From sequence record NC_052654.1: DNA of 64,000 bases, one strand, 5' to 3'. The translations under genes and the position numbers were made by a program. Source of the DNA: Escherichia phage vB_EcoM-Ro121c4YLVW. Under the pieces are notes generated by a model. The model was not told the origin of the DNA. It searched no databases and saw nothing but the letters and a program-made list of their open reading frames with translations. Positions 33,701 through 40,936 of this stretch are shown here, piece after piece (positions within the stretch are counted from its first letter, which is position 1; the number at the start of each line of letters is the position of its first letter).

Positions 33701-33758
33701 TAACCAGGTCTACGCCCTGTTCGAGAGACGTTGCTGGATATGTTGGGAATGTTGCCAT
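30705..33758 (-). CDS. Tailspike with a beta-helix-type (pectate-lyase-like) central region
   Basis: 1017 aa. An N-terminal anchor is followed by an internal docking module (residues about 229-361, ..IARKYGLLDDEVAY...GGSVDLSALAV...YRWAGSLPK...SGGLGPNAW). After that come long repetitive N/G/V-rich beta-strand repeats, e.g. NITIRNVFAKRC and ISIENIHGD. Confidence 0.75.
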   Translation of the reverse strand: MATFPTYPATSLEQGVDLVIFSSNQLHDVINGSATESIETESGLIPTLRKALVDNFFFKSPLDWAQGTNETVFNQLRYFQNGVLSGYYYAPNATLVNPIPMQGTPVGDNNWVLWGLKTEQLATEVTPWVYSGATGYETVISPPYIFDSAIVTINGVIQVLGEAFRIEDSKIILSEPLGHDPATGLPNKLFAYIGKIVASADTDPNLENRLVSLETKTEELTESMDKVPLQTIARKYGLLDDEVAYATAGQSLTGIKALYDPVAQSSYTLPPNITGTLTSLSVSGVMTYSGGSVDLSALAVERGQFVHLPTSFGNNVTLTAKNQTIGRGAGRYRWAGSLPKSILASDTLETSGGLGPNAWVLTNTEGLLTPRGGTYNDLFDVVYLSEFANNTTTYTTPEAAFQAALLAAKASKSKILDAYGCDMTFTTSSFDIQGITLRGGVFRGQRDYRVQNATVEGTTFRNSRVMYWGGAVRMFDCLWDGAPRAGQVGSLVFQGNPISGTFEIDNCTFKNGLYGILQQGTGEPVTRGVFRNLTFMDMQGDAIELNVINKHYDDGCVIENIYLSNIDGTNAPIPLSNWGIGIGVAGKGPYGYGIPDDQYCKNITIRNVFAKRCRQIVHVEVGRNISIENIHGDPDQTVSVGTGLATGAVVMYGSKDFTIDGVYGEPKTDGSTLASNIRMIYLEWGTNAVLDEEGNPVVPAQGRPSNPCFNYSVRNIHTKTGRVFAGVSAGPGYENRVSFENIRCAALQLFGIASWLSMSNITCNIFDCVGQPESGPGTFYDGFFRREKSVLEMVNVNCYPDGKTMVTGRPQWSRCRYSDIHRVNCNVEANMYTNIAGGIGAIVGTTGKVYYLEPNPSRNIDGMHFPTGKEFDKGDMIVKADNTFFLVTTSGAYIPDIPAFGIRATQAGDTFLTQNLTPNGTATNASWLYHYPLSAGTRIRIPGAGVGGADLDTVITRAPYQDNDTWTNPVKIDIADPIVTPTSAGVRIKTIPNDSSNVSVGNTAVIRPTPVVDVPTT

Positions 33759-33761
33759 TAA

Positions 33762-34097
33762 TTACCCCTTATTCTGTGTACGTTTAACTATGTCATCTAG
33801 CATCATTTGGATAGTCGCATTCTTGAGGTCCATAATCTTTTCAATTTTTTGCTCAAGGGTGTTATTATTTGCCATTAATGTAGAGTTAATTTGATTTAGC
33901 ATCTGGGTAAGTTCGGCTTTAGTTGCATAAGTTGATTCAACAAAGACCAACTTCTTCTCTAGCTCTCGACTTTTCTCCTCCATTTCCTCAAGATCAGAGC
34001 CGAATTTATCCATTTTTTGTTTGAAAAAGAACCAGATGACTCCGATTAAAGGGATTATTGCATCCTTTGCAAGTCCCCATGCTTCTTGAAATTCCAT
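33762..34097 (-). CDS. Small protein with one N-terminal TM helix followed by a coiled coil
   Basis: The TM segment is AIIPLIGVIWFFF. It is followed by heptad-rich EEMEEKSRELEKKLVFVE...LEQKIEKIMDL. Confidence 0.5.
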   Translation of the reverse strand: MEFQEAWGLAKDAIIPLIGVIWFFFKQKMDKFGSDLEEMEEKSRELEKKLVFVESTYATKAELTQMLNQINSTLMANNNTLEQKIEKIMDLKNATIQMMLDDIVKRTQNKG

Positions 34098-34106
34098 AGT
34101 GATCCC

Positions 34107-34652
34107 TTATTCTGTCGGTAATGTAGGCCAATCTATAGCGTAAGGATAGTCTTTTTGGAGCGGAACACGATTTAGTTTAACTACATAAACTTGAAGATTT
34201 TTAAGATAAGCTAATTCGTCTTCAGTAGCCATTTCTAAATCTTTAGCATACTGTAAAGGTGTTATAAGTGCTACCGCTGTTTCTTGTAAAGAGCGAATTT
34301 TTGCACTAGCTTGTGTCATCAACTCTTCACGGGAATACTCTTTATCCTTAAGAGTTAAGGTTTCTAAATCCAGAACCTTGTTCCTAATATCCTCAAAAGT
34401 ATCTATATTAAAGTCTACTTGTGCTATAGAAAGATCTTCAGGGCAAAGTAGTGTAGGATCAGTATTCCAAAACACAATACGATTTTGATCATCAAAAACG
34501 ACTTTCATTTTATCGTTATTGAATTCTGTGCTACGTAAATCATACCAATCGTAACCTTGATCGCAACGAAGAAAAAGAATGTTCTCTGCTTCTACCAATT
34601 CTTTTAGTTCAGGGTCTTCAGGAATATATTTTTTAAAGTTTGTAAATATCAT
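34107..34652 (-). CDS. Tail fibre assembly chaperone (Tfa family)
   Basis: C-terminal PLQYAKDLEMATEDELAYLKNLQVYVVKLNRV....YPYAIDWPTLP is the typical Tfa signature. It lies immediately downstream of a fibre gene. Confidence 0.85.
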   Translation of the reverse strand: MIFTNFKKYIPEDPELKELVEAENILFLRCDQGYDWYDLRSTEFNNDKMKVVFDDQNRIVFWNTDPTLLCPEDLSIAQVDFNIDTFEDIRNKVLDLETLTLKDKEYSREELMTQASAKIRSLQETAVALITPLQYAKDLEMATEDELAYLKNLQVYVVKLNRVPLQKDYPYAIDWPTLPTE

Positions 34653-35714
34653 TTAGCCTCCAATATCGTACCAGTTTCCGTTAACGTTGCGCTGGAGGCG
34701 TTTGAAGTAAACCCCACCGATGTTATCCGCAGAGCTACGTCCTGTTTCCTGTACGATAATACCAGAAAGAACATAACCAGAAGAACAGATATAAGTCCAA
34801 GAAACCTCGTTCCCTGGTGGATAATACACACCTTGGCTAGTATAACGAATATCTCTTACAAAGGTTCCGTTAGCATAGTTGTAGTTATTTGTAATCTGAC
34901 TTTGATGATTACTTTCTACATTGTTTATACGAGAAGAGAGGTTGTTGTTAACATTATTCAAGTTGTTTTGAACACTGTTAATATTCGTCTGCAATGTGTT
35001 CTGAAGGGAAGTCAAACGAGAGTTCAGATAATCTAAACGAACTAAAGCATTTCCGTTAGAAGTATCTTGTCCACTGTTCGATCTTGGATTATCTATTAGA
35101 ACATAACCTGCATCATATAAACGAACACCTGCCGATATACTACCTGTGCTAGGATTTCTACGATAGATGTAAAGCTGACCTCCGCTTTGATACTCGGCAG
35201 AAATCTCACCATTTGTTTGTCCTGCAAAGTTTTTGAAGAACAGTGTTGCAGGATCTGTTGTGGAAGTACCGTTAACATAAACATCGCCACCATAAATAGC
35301 ACCACCCGCATCACGTTTTACCAACACGTTTGGTGTTACTGTTGAACTAGTGGCATCTGTAATGTTTGCCGACAAGTGATTATGACTGTTATCTTGAACC
35401 TGGATAGATAAAGTAACTTCTTTGTTACCGTTCCAAGTAGCCTCACCCGTAGCATCACCTGCCATTGTAATCTTAGTTCCCACTAAAGGCAAGTAGGTAT
35501 TAGGTAAAGTTGGAAGAAAGTCATCCACCAAATAGCGAATCCATAAACCGATATTATTAAGAATCCAGTTCATTTCTTCGCAAGTCATGATTTGACCATA
35601 ATCCATACCAACTGTGCGGATGGTTTCTTTAGGTCTAATTTTGTTTGTGTTTAAAGTTCCTGGGAGCGTTACAGTTTGTGTAGCCCAGTCAGGATAATAT
35701 ATTGGCTTCGCCAT
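34653..35714 (-). CDS. Tail fibre protein (P2 gpH-like position)
   Basis: N-terminus YYPDWATQ...MNWILNNIGLWIRYL, then a repetitive Asn/Ser/Thr-rich shaft. It is followed by the Tfa gene. Confidence 0.8.
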   Translation of the reverse strand: MAKPIYYPDWATQTVTLPGTLNTNKIRPKETIRTVGMDYGQIMTCEEMNWILNNIGLWIRYLVDDFLPTLPNTYLPLVGTKITMAGDATGEATWNGNKEVTLSIQVQDNSHNHLSANITDATSSTVTPNVLVKRDAGGAIYGGDVYVNGTSTTDPATLFFKNFAGQTNGEISAEYQSGGQLYIYRRNPSTGSISAGVRLYDAGYVLIDNPRSNSGQDTSNGNALVRLDYLNSRLTSLQNTLQTNINSVQNNLNNVNNNLSSRINNVESNHQSQITNNYNYANGTFVRDIRYTSQGVYYPPGNEVSWTYICSSGYVLSGIIVQETGRSSADNIGGVYFKRLQRNVNGNWYDIGG

Positions 35715-35723
35715 TTAAACTCC

Positions 35724-36353
35724 TTAATCTATTTGCTTGAGAAGCGTACACATGCGTCCTGTTTCATCCCCAGTAGATTCCATGTACAGGGAACCTAAAC
35801 CACCAATACCATGAGGCGGTTTGGTAGCATAATAAGAACTAAAACCAAAAGCTGATCCTGCTTTTGCTCCAAGACGGTAGCTACTAATAATAGGGAAAAC
35901 ACTTAGCAACTGCTCTAAAGCTTGATCAGATTGAAGACACAGGTTGTAGAAAAACACATCAAAGGTTTTATTCAAACCTACGTAAGTATTAAGCGTTTCA
36001 CGCTCTGTTCCTGTGAAACGGGCGAAGATATCAATTATGTCACCACGAGTCCCCGATGAGGCTACGCGGTAAGCCCTGATTTTTAATATTGTTCTATACT
36101 CTTCATCATCAGAGCCATTACGTTCGATCCCCATTTCTTCCCCTAGAATATCTAAGTATTTGCCTGTGGCTGTAGAGATCAAGCGGTGTTTAGCAAGATA
36201 GATCATTGCCTGATCTATCTTTTGCTTTTCACTGGATACGATGTAGAGGAGCTTGACAATGTTAGGAGAAGATTTAAAATCTTCAATCAGAAGGTTTTTA
36301 ACATCTTCATTGATACTGGCCCAAGTTGTTACATGGTCAACACTCACTGCCAT
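35724..36353 (-). CDS. Baseplate wedge protein (P2 gpI-like position)
   Basis: It follows the J-like gene. Contains the GKYLDILGEEMGIERNG.DDEEYR..LK motif. Confidence 0.55.
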   Translation of the reverse strand: MAVSVDHVTTWASINEDVKNLLIEDFKSSPNIVKLLYIVSSEKQKIDQAMIYLAKHRLISTATGKYLDILGEEMGIERNGSDDEEYRTILKIRAYRVASSGTRGDIIDIFARFTGTERETLNTYVGLNKTFDVFFYNLCLQSDQALEQLLSVFPIISSYRLGAKAGSAFGFSSYYATKPPHGIGGLGSLYMESTGDETGRMCTLLKQID

Positions 36354-36355
36354 TT

Positions 36356-37843
36356 TTACACTCCATACTCGTAAGAAATGTTATCAAGGTCAAAAGAAGG
36401 GACAACATTATAAGCAGGAACTATATTATTCTCTGTATATTTACTGTCATCCTCAGTATTAAGTTTAACATAAACACGAAGAGAAGTCAAGCGTCCAAAA
36501 GCAAGTGCTGCATAAATAACACCTTTGATTTGATCGTTCGTTACTGAAGAACCTAATTCAAAGTAAGCTTGCAGGTTTTGTAAAGCTTCTACAATGTTTT
36601 GTTTTTCTGTTCCACTTAAAGTTGTTCCGTTGACAGTTTGATAAACAAGTTTTACGGAATACATAGCAGAAGCACCAGGAGAGAAGCGAATAATTTCTTG
36701 TCCTCCATCTTCTGTTGTAACTGTTATGTTAGTTGTTCCGTGTGTCAAAGTGTTGATTGGTTTGGTTTTATAGATAACATTTGCAATTTCTTCTGCACTG
36801 CCACCATAAACTATAGTCTGGAAAGTCATAGCTGGAGCGTGTTCTTGATCATGTAACGTAGGGTTATCATAAATCTTCACCTTAGTGACACCATCTGTAA
36901 GTAACAGAGCTTTCACAATAGCTGCTCGTGTCCCTGCGTTAGCTTCGTCAACGTTGTCATTGAAACGAGAGCGGAATTCTGCATCTGTCTCAACATCTCG
37001 ACCAGGAGAAAATGAATAGAAGTTACCACTGTCAAGATAACCTGTAAAGGTAGAAGATATCCCTGTAATAGACTCCACACCAACAGGATTGTATCCTTTC
37101 TCTGCTGCAACTACCGGAATCTCACTCCATTTGGTTCCAACCGGAACACTAGCATAAAATTTAATAGGAGTTACCAGCCCCACTGGAGTATCACTGGTTA
37201 AAGAAGTAAAACCAATTGATAAGTTACCTGAATCAGAAAATACAAGACTACGATCAGCTTCTGTTAAATTTGCCTTGATAAAAGTTTCAAGATCGGTTAT
37301 AAATGTAGAAGAACCAGGTGCAAGTGTTTTACTGTTTAGTCCTCCATCGACCGCACTTTGTGCATAAAAAGTAATATTCGGAACACCTGTAGCAGTTGCA
37401 TTAGCACGAGAGATTTGATAAGCTGCAATCTTAGCATTCAACATAGTTGGTGTGCTAACATAGTAGTTCATATCACTATCAGAGTTGAAGTAAATATCCG
37501 TGCCTAGCTCATAAGTCCAAGCTGCTTTGTTATTACTCTTAACATATGCATAACCTGTACTTGCTGCTGCACCTGCTCGATAGAAACCGCGTTTAGAAAA
37601 GATTTCATCAAGATAAATACCTTCTGCACCATCCAGTGTTTGAGTATTATAAACACCTTGCATACCTTCCCACAATGTGTAATCTGTGTATGCAATTATT
37701 CTAAACAGTTGTCCGATCACAGTATCTTCCGAAGTGGCTGCATCTGCACCAAATGTGTTTTTTACTGCTGTCATGTAGTTGTTTAAAACATCGTCAAAAG
37801 TCGGGATTACAAATCCCGCATCTGTCAAACCATATTCGTCCAT
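36356..37843 (-). CDS. Baseplate J-like protein
   Basis: 495 aa. The N-terminus GFVIPTFDDVLNNY...AEGIYLDEIFSKRGFYRAGAAASTGY fits the Baseplate_J pattern. Confidence 0.75.
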   Translation of the reverse strand: MDEYGLTDAGFVIPTFDDVLNNYMTAVKNTFGADAATSEDTVIGQLFRIIAYTDYTLWEGMQGVYNTQTLDGAEGIYLDEIFSKRGFYRAGAAASTGYAYVKSNNKAAWTYELGTDIYFNSDSDMNYYVSTPTMLNAKIAAYQISRANATATGVPNITFYAQSAVDGGLNSKTLAPGSSTFITDLETFIKANLTEADRSLVFSDSGNLSIGFTSLTSDTPVGLVTPIKFYASVPVGTKWSEIPVVAAEKGYNPVGVESITGISSTFTGYLDSGNFYSFSPGRDVETDAEFRSRFNDNVDEANAGTRAAIVKALLLTDGVTKVKIYDNPTLHDQEHAPAMTFQTIVYGGSAEEIANVIYKTKPINTLTHGTTNITVTTEDGGQEIIRFSPGASAMYSVKLVYQTVNGTTLSGTEKQNIVEALQNLQAYFELGSSVTNDQIKGVIYAALAFGRLTSLRVYVKLNTEDDSKYTENNIVPAYNVVPSFDLDNISYEYGV

Positions 37844-38085
37844 TAGTCATCCTCTTTGGTAGATTGTGATCTGCCCCAGCGTAAATCAATAAGATTTTTC
37901 ATGAGGCGAGAAGGAGTTATCATGAAAACAAAAGCCCAACCCATCCATTCAGGAATTTCTTTTTCTATTCCTAAAAAGATAAACATGCCTGTCATAACCG
38001 ACATGCCTACAGCGTTCCAGACTTTCGTAGAACTGACTTTATTATCAGGATATGTACAGAACATACCTATTAAAAATTTTCTCAT
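37843..38085 (-). CDS. Small two-TM membrane protein (holin-like topology) inside the baseplate operon
   Basis: Hydrophobic segments VWNAVGMSVMTGMFIFLGI and WMGWAFVFMITP, with a charged tail RWGRSQSTKEDD. There is an ATGA overlap upstream and a TAATG overlap with the J-like gene start. Confidence 0.5.
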   Translation of the reverse strand: MRKFLIGMFCTYPDNKVSSTKVWNAVGMSVMTGMFIFLGIEKEIPEWMGWAFVFMITPSRLMKNLIDLRWGRSQSTKEDD

Positions 38086-38390
38086 AGTGCGTTCTCATTA
38101 CTTTTTAAATCACAAGATATAGCTAATTCCCCAAGGTCTACAGAACCCGCTGAATGCACAAGTACAGCAGCACTAAGACTAATGGCAGTAGTACCTGGGG
38201 CAATATCAGCAGGTAGGGAATACGCCCTTTGCGTCTCCTTATCATAGATAACCTTATACCCACCCAAATCCACACCAACTGAGAAGTAAACAACCTCAGA
38301 TTGTTTAACTCCAAAGTGACGGGCTACTGCTTGTTTATTGGTTAAGATTCCGGTTGAACCTTTACCACCTTGGGAGAACATTTCGTTCAT
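38082..38390 (-). CDS. Stand-alone tailspike N-terminal docking-domain protein (102 aa)
   Basis: NKQAVARHFGVKQSEVVYFSVGVDLGGYKVIYDKETQRAYSLP...HSAGSVDLGELAI aligns with residues about 229-300 of the 1017-aa tailspike in this window. It stops where full-length spikes continue. Confidence 0.6.
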   Translation of the reverse strand: MNEMFSQGGKGSTGILTNKQAVARHFGVKQSEVVYFSVGVDLGGYKVIYDKETQRAYSLPADIAPGTTAISLSAAVLVHSAGSVDLGELAISCDLKSNENAL

Positions 38391-38414
38391 AACAACCTCT
38401 TTGTTTTTCTAAGT

Positions 38415-38436
38415 AAGCCCCTCTTTGGAGGGGCTT
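38415..38436. other. Strong stem-loop in the 249-bp non-coding gap
   Basis: AAGCCCCTC-tttg-GAGGGGCTT. There is no U-tract on either strand. It sits about 25 nt upstream of the 102-aa ORF start. Confidence 0.5.
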
Positions 38437-38617
38437 GCAGTGGTAGTGACAACACTTTGAGTTAGTACGATAGTAACTAAAGACAAGATTAACCCTGCTA
38501 CGATATGTTTTCATCATTTTATCACATGGCGATGACATGCACTTGCAGGACATAGCTTGTGTGGATTGTGCTGAATGCAATTTTGGCCTATTGTCATCAG
38601 TAAGAAAGCATTCATTC

Positions 38618-38638
38618 CCCCGCCGAAGCGGGGTTTTT
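38618..38638 (+). terminator. Hairpin plus T5 run, oriented as a plus-strand terminator and abutting the stop of a minus-strand tailspike gene
   Basis: CCCCGC-cgaa-GCGGGG followed by ttttt on the plus strand. The same core recurs at 50051-50066. Confidence 0.45.
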
Positions 38639-38639
38639 G

Positions 38640-40928
38640 TTATATAACTGAAGTAACAACACCATTGATTGTTGCTTTTATCTGTGCAGTTGGATGAGGT
38701 CTAACATTAATGGTTCCTCTATTGCTTGATGCCCCAATGAATACATCATACCCTGAAGTTGCGTTGAAATCCGAGAACAGGCTAACCGGGCTTGCATTCT
38801 GAGTGGCAGGCACAGCAGATGATGTTCCATAACGCTTCAGGATACCTGGTGTTGCTAAGGATGATGCAGCATCGCGACGGCAAGTAACGTCAAGATCAAA
38901 TGTGTATCCATCAAACCCGTATTGTGTTGAATCCTGATAAAGTTTCATTACTTCTACTGTTGAACCTCCGACAGAAGAGTTATGGTTAAGTCCTGTGAAC
39001 TTCATTCTGGTAAATCGATTGTCCTGCGCAACTGTATCGAATGTCTTTTCAATTTTAAGGCTGCTTAAACCATATACACCGTTCAGAAGTATAGGGTTCT
39101 GAACACGCGTACTCATGCTTATATCAATAGTCGGCGCGTTATACAGGTCAATCCTGTCACCAATGGAACCTGAACGATCTTTGATATTTACGGCAATAGA
39201 AAATGTAGCATCATTATTATCAATTTTTATTGTCGATCTCTTATCTACCTCTATTGTCATAGATGGAGATGACTCTGCTACTGAAGTTCCTGTTATTGTC
39301 AAAGAACGTGGATATTTAGTTACATATATTTTTGCTTCTTCGCTATAGTTTCCCGCCACAAAGGTTGCCTGGCTGTCTCCTATGCGTATTTCACCAGTTT
39401 CAACAGTTGCAGCAATAACAGACGTTCCAATAATCGGAACCTCTACTTTAGTTCCGGAAGGGAAATCAGATGTCATTGCTCGATCAAGAGTAATGACGTT
39501 TCCCGATATTGCTGTAATTCTTCGAGTCTCAACACCGCCAGTCGAGTTTGTAAAAGCAATCTCAAACCAGGTATCAAAACCAGAGGCATCTGCAACAGTA
39601 ACAGTGTTGTCATTGATAGATGCTGGCGATGTTAGTGTGGTGCTCATACCCTCAATAGACAAAGTACATTGGGCTTTGTCACTACTACCAATGTAACCCA
39701 TCAACTTGATGGAGTTATTACGAACTCGAACACCGTATTTAGTAGCCGTCGAGCCGTTTTTTGTTCCCTGTGAGTGTCCATACCAATACATAACAAGATG
39801 TAAAAGATCGTAGTTGCTGATACGGTGATCAATTGATTTATTACGAACAGTAGCATAAGGCGCAGTATAGATAGCTCTGGCTGCTGCGCTGGCACCATTA
39901 TTAGAAATGTTGCCATTTACGGTGAACCCTTCGACGGTTTGGTGCCAGTGGAAACGGTCACGGTTCCTGTCACGCGGATCAATTCCGACATGGTGCAGTG
40001 AAATGTCAGATGACGTTGACATGATTATTGTTGCGTCATTTCCGGCACCGGAAAAAGTAAATCCTCGACGATCAACATCAAGGTTGATTGTATTTGATAG
40101 ATAACTTCCGGAAGGGAATGATAACTTAGATATTATACTGTTAGCCCTTGCAACCCTGTTTGCTTCATCTATAGCAACTGAGTTTTCATCTGCGTCTGCA
40201 CCGCCAAAACCGAATTCATCATACCCCATGCTCTCTCTTACAATTAAGTTGGCATTAAACCCGCCCGCTATTGGGATTGAGTATGTATCATCATTTTGTG
40301 TTGTTGATATTAACCATTCTGACTCAGATCTTATTCCATGTTTGTTTTTATATGTTTTTACAGTCATCCCTTCGCTGAATGTGGCACCATCCCCTGATGG
40401 CAGAATTCCAGATATTAACTCTGAAACGCTATTAAATATTATAGTTGTGTTTTTATTAACCCACAATCTCAAAGAAGCATCGCCAACACTAACCCACGCA
40501 CTAGGACCAACGCCACCAGTTGATGTAGGGGTTGATTTAGGTGGTACATCTTTAGGGAAACCAGACCCCCATGTGTAGCACTGAGCACCCGCTATGTACC
40601 AGACAGCATCAGTTACACTGCCCACTGTAGCCCCTTCTTCAAAACTACCATCAACAAGAGTTAACCCAGCCTCGGCAAGACTACGACGCCACTGTTCACG
40701 ATCATTAAGAAGATTGTTATTCAACTCTTCCTGAACAGTATTACCATTTGAGGATTGTATTAAATCTGCTCCATCTGTATCTTTCAACTGGGTGGCTAAA
40801 ACCACCCCAGTGTCAGTAAGAAAGTTGGAAACTGTGCTTTTAACAGTCTTATCAGGTTGGTCTAAAACCAGGTAATCAGAACCATTAACTTTTGATGTTT
40901 CGGGTAAATTAGTAATTGTAGTTGACAT
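38640..40928 (-). CDS. Tailspike/tail fibre protein
   Basis: N-terminus ITNLPETSKVNGSDYLVLDQPDKTVKSTVSNFL is a fibre attachment motif. It is followed by RRSLAEAGLTLVDGSFEEG...YTWGSGFPKDVPPKSTPTSTGGVGPSAWVSVGD and then a beta-rich body. Confidence 0.75.
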   Translation of the reverse strand: MSTTITNLPETSKVNGSDYLVLDQPDKTVKSTVSNFLTDTGVVLATQLKDTDGADLIQSSNGNTVQEELNNNLLNDREQWRRSLAEAGLTLVDGSFEEGATVGSVTDAVWYIAGAQCYTWGSGFPKDVPPKSTPTSTGGVGPSAWVSVGDASLRLWVNKNTTIIFNSVSELISGILPSGDGATFSEGMTVKTYKNKHGIRSESEWLISTTQNDDTYSIPIAGGFNANLIVRESMGYDEFGFGGADADENSVAIDEANRVARANSIISKLSFPSGSYLSNTINLDVDRRGFTFSGAGNDATIIMSTSSDISLHHVGIDPRDRNRDRFHWHQTVEGFTVNGNISNNGASAAARAIYTAPYATVRNKSIDHRISNYDLLHLVMYWYGHSQGTKNGSTATKYGVRVRNNSIKLMGYIGSSDKAQCTLSIEGMSTTLTSPASINDNTVTVADASGFDTWFEIAFTNSTGGVETRRITAISGNVITLDRAMTSDFPSGTKVEVPIIGTSVIAATVETGEIRIGDSQATFVAGNYSEEAKIYVTKYPRSLTITGTSVAESSPSMTIEVDKRSTIKIDNNDATFSIAVNIKDRSGSIGDRIDLYNAPTIDISMSTRVQNPILLNGVYGLSSLKIEKTFDTVAQDNRFTRMKFTGLNHNSSVGGSTVEVMKLYQDSTQYGFDGYTFDLDVTCRRDAASSLATPGILKRYGTSSAVPATQNASPVSLFSDFNATSGYDVFIGASSNRGTINVRPHPTAQIKATINGVVTSVI

Positions 40929-40936
40929 TTTTACTC

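Noticed and set aside
38391-38639. Possible tRNA or small RNA gene. The segment GGGGCTTGCAGTGGTAGTGAC resembles an acceptor plus D-arm, with AGTG/CACT forming a D-stem.
   Set aside because: There is no T-arm (GTTCRANYC-like) and no complementary 3' acceptor strand. The only anticodon-like stem has a 9-nt loop, so it is not a tRNA. The 72-aa ORF at 38362-38580 is Cys/Ser/Arg-rich and overlaps the next gene, so it is judged spurious.
25902-40928. Possible diversity-generating retroelement acting on the fibre genes.
   Set aside because: There is no reverse transcriptase gene and no template/variable repeat pair with adenine-specific differences anywhere in the window.
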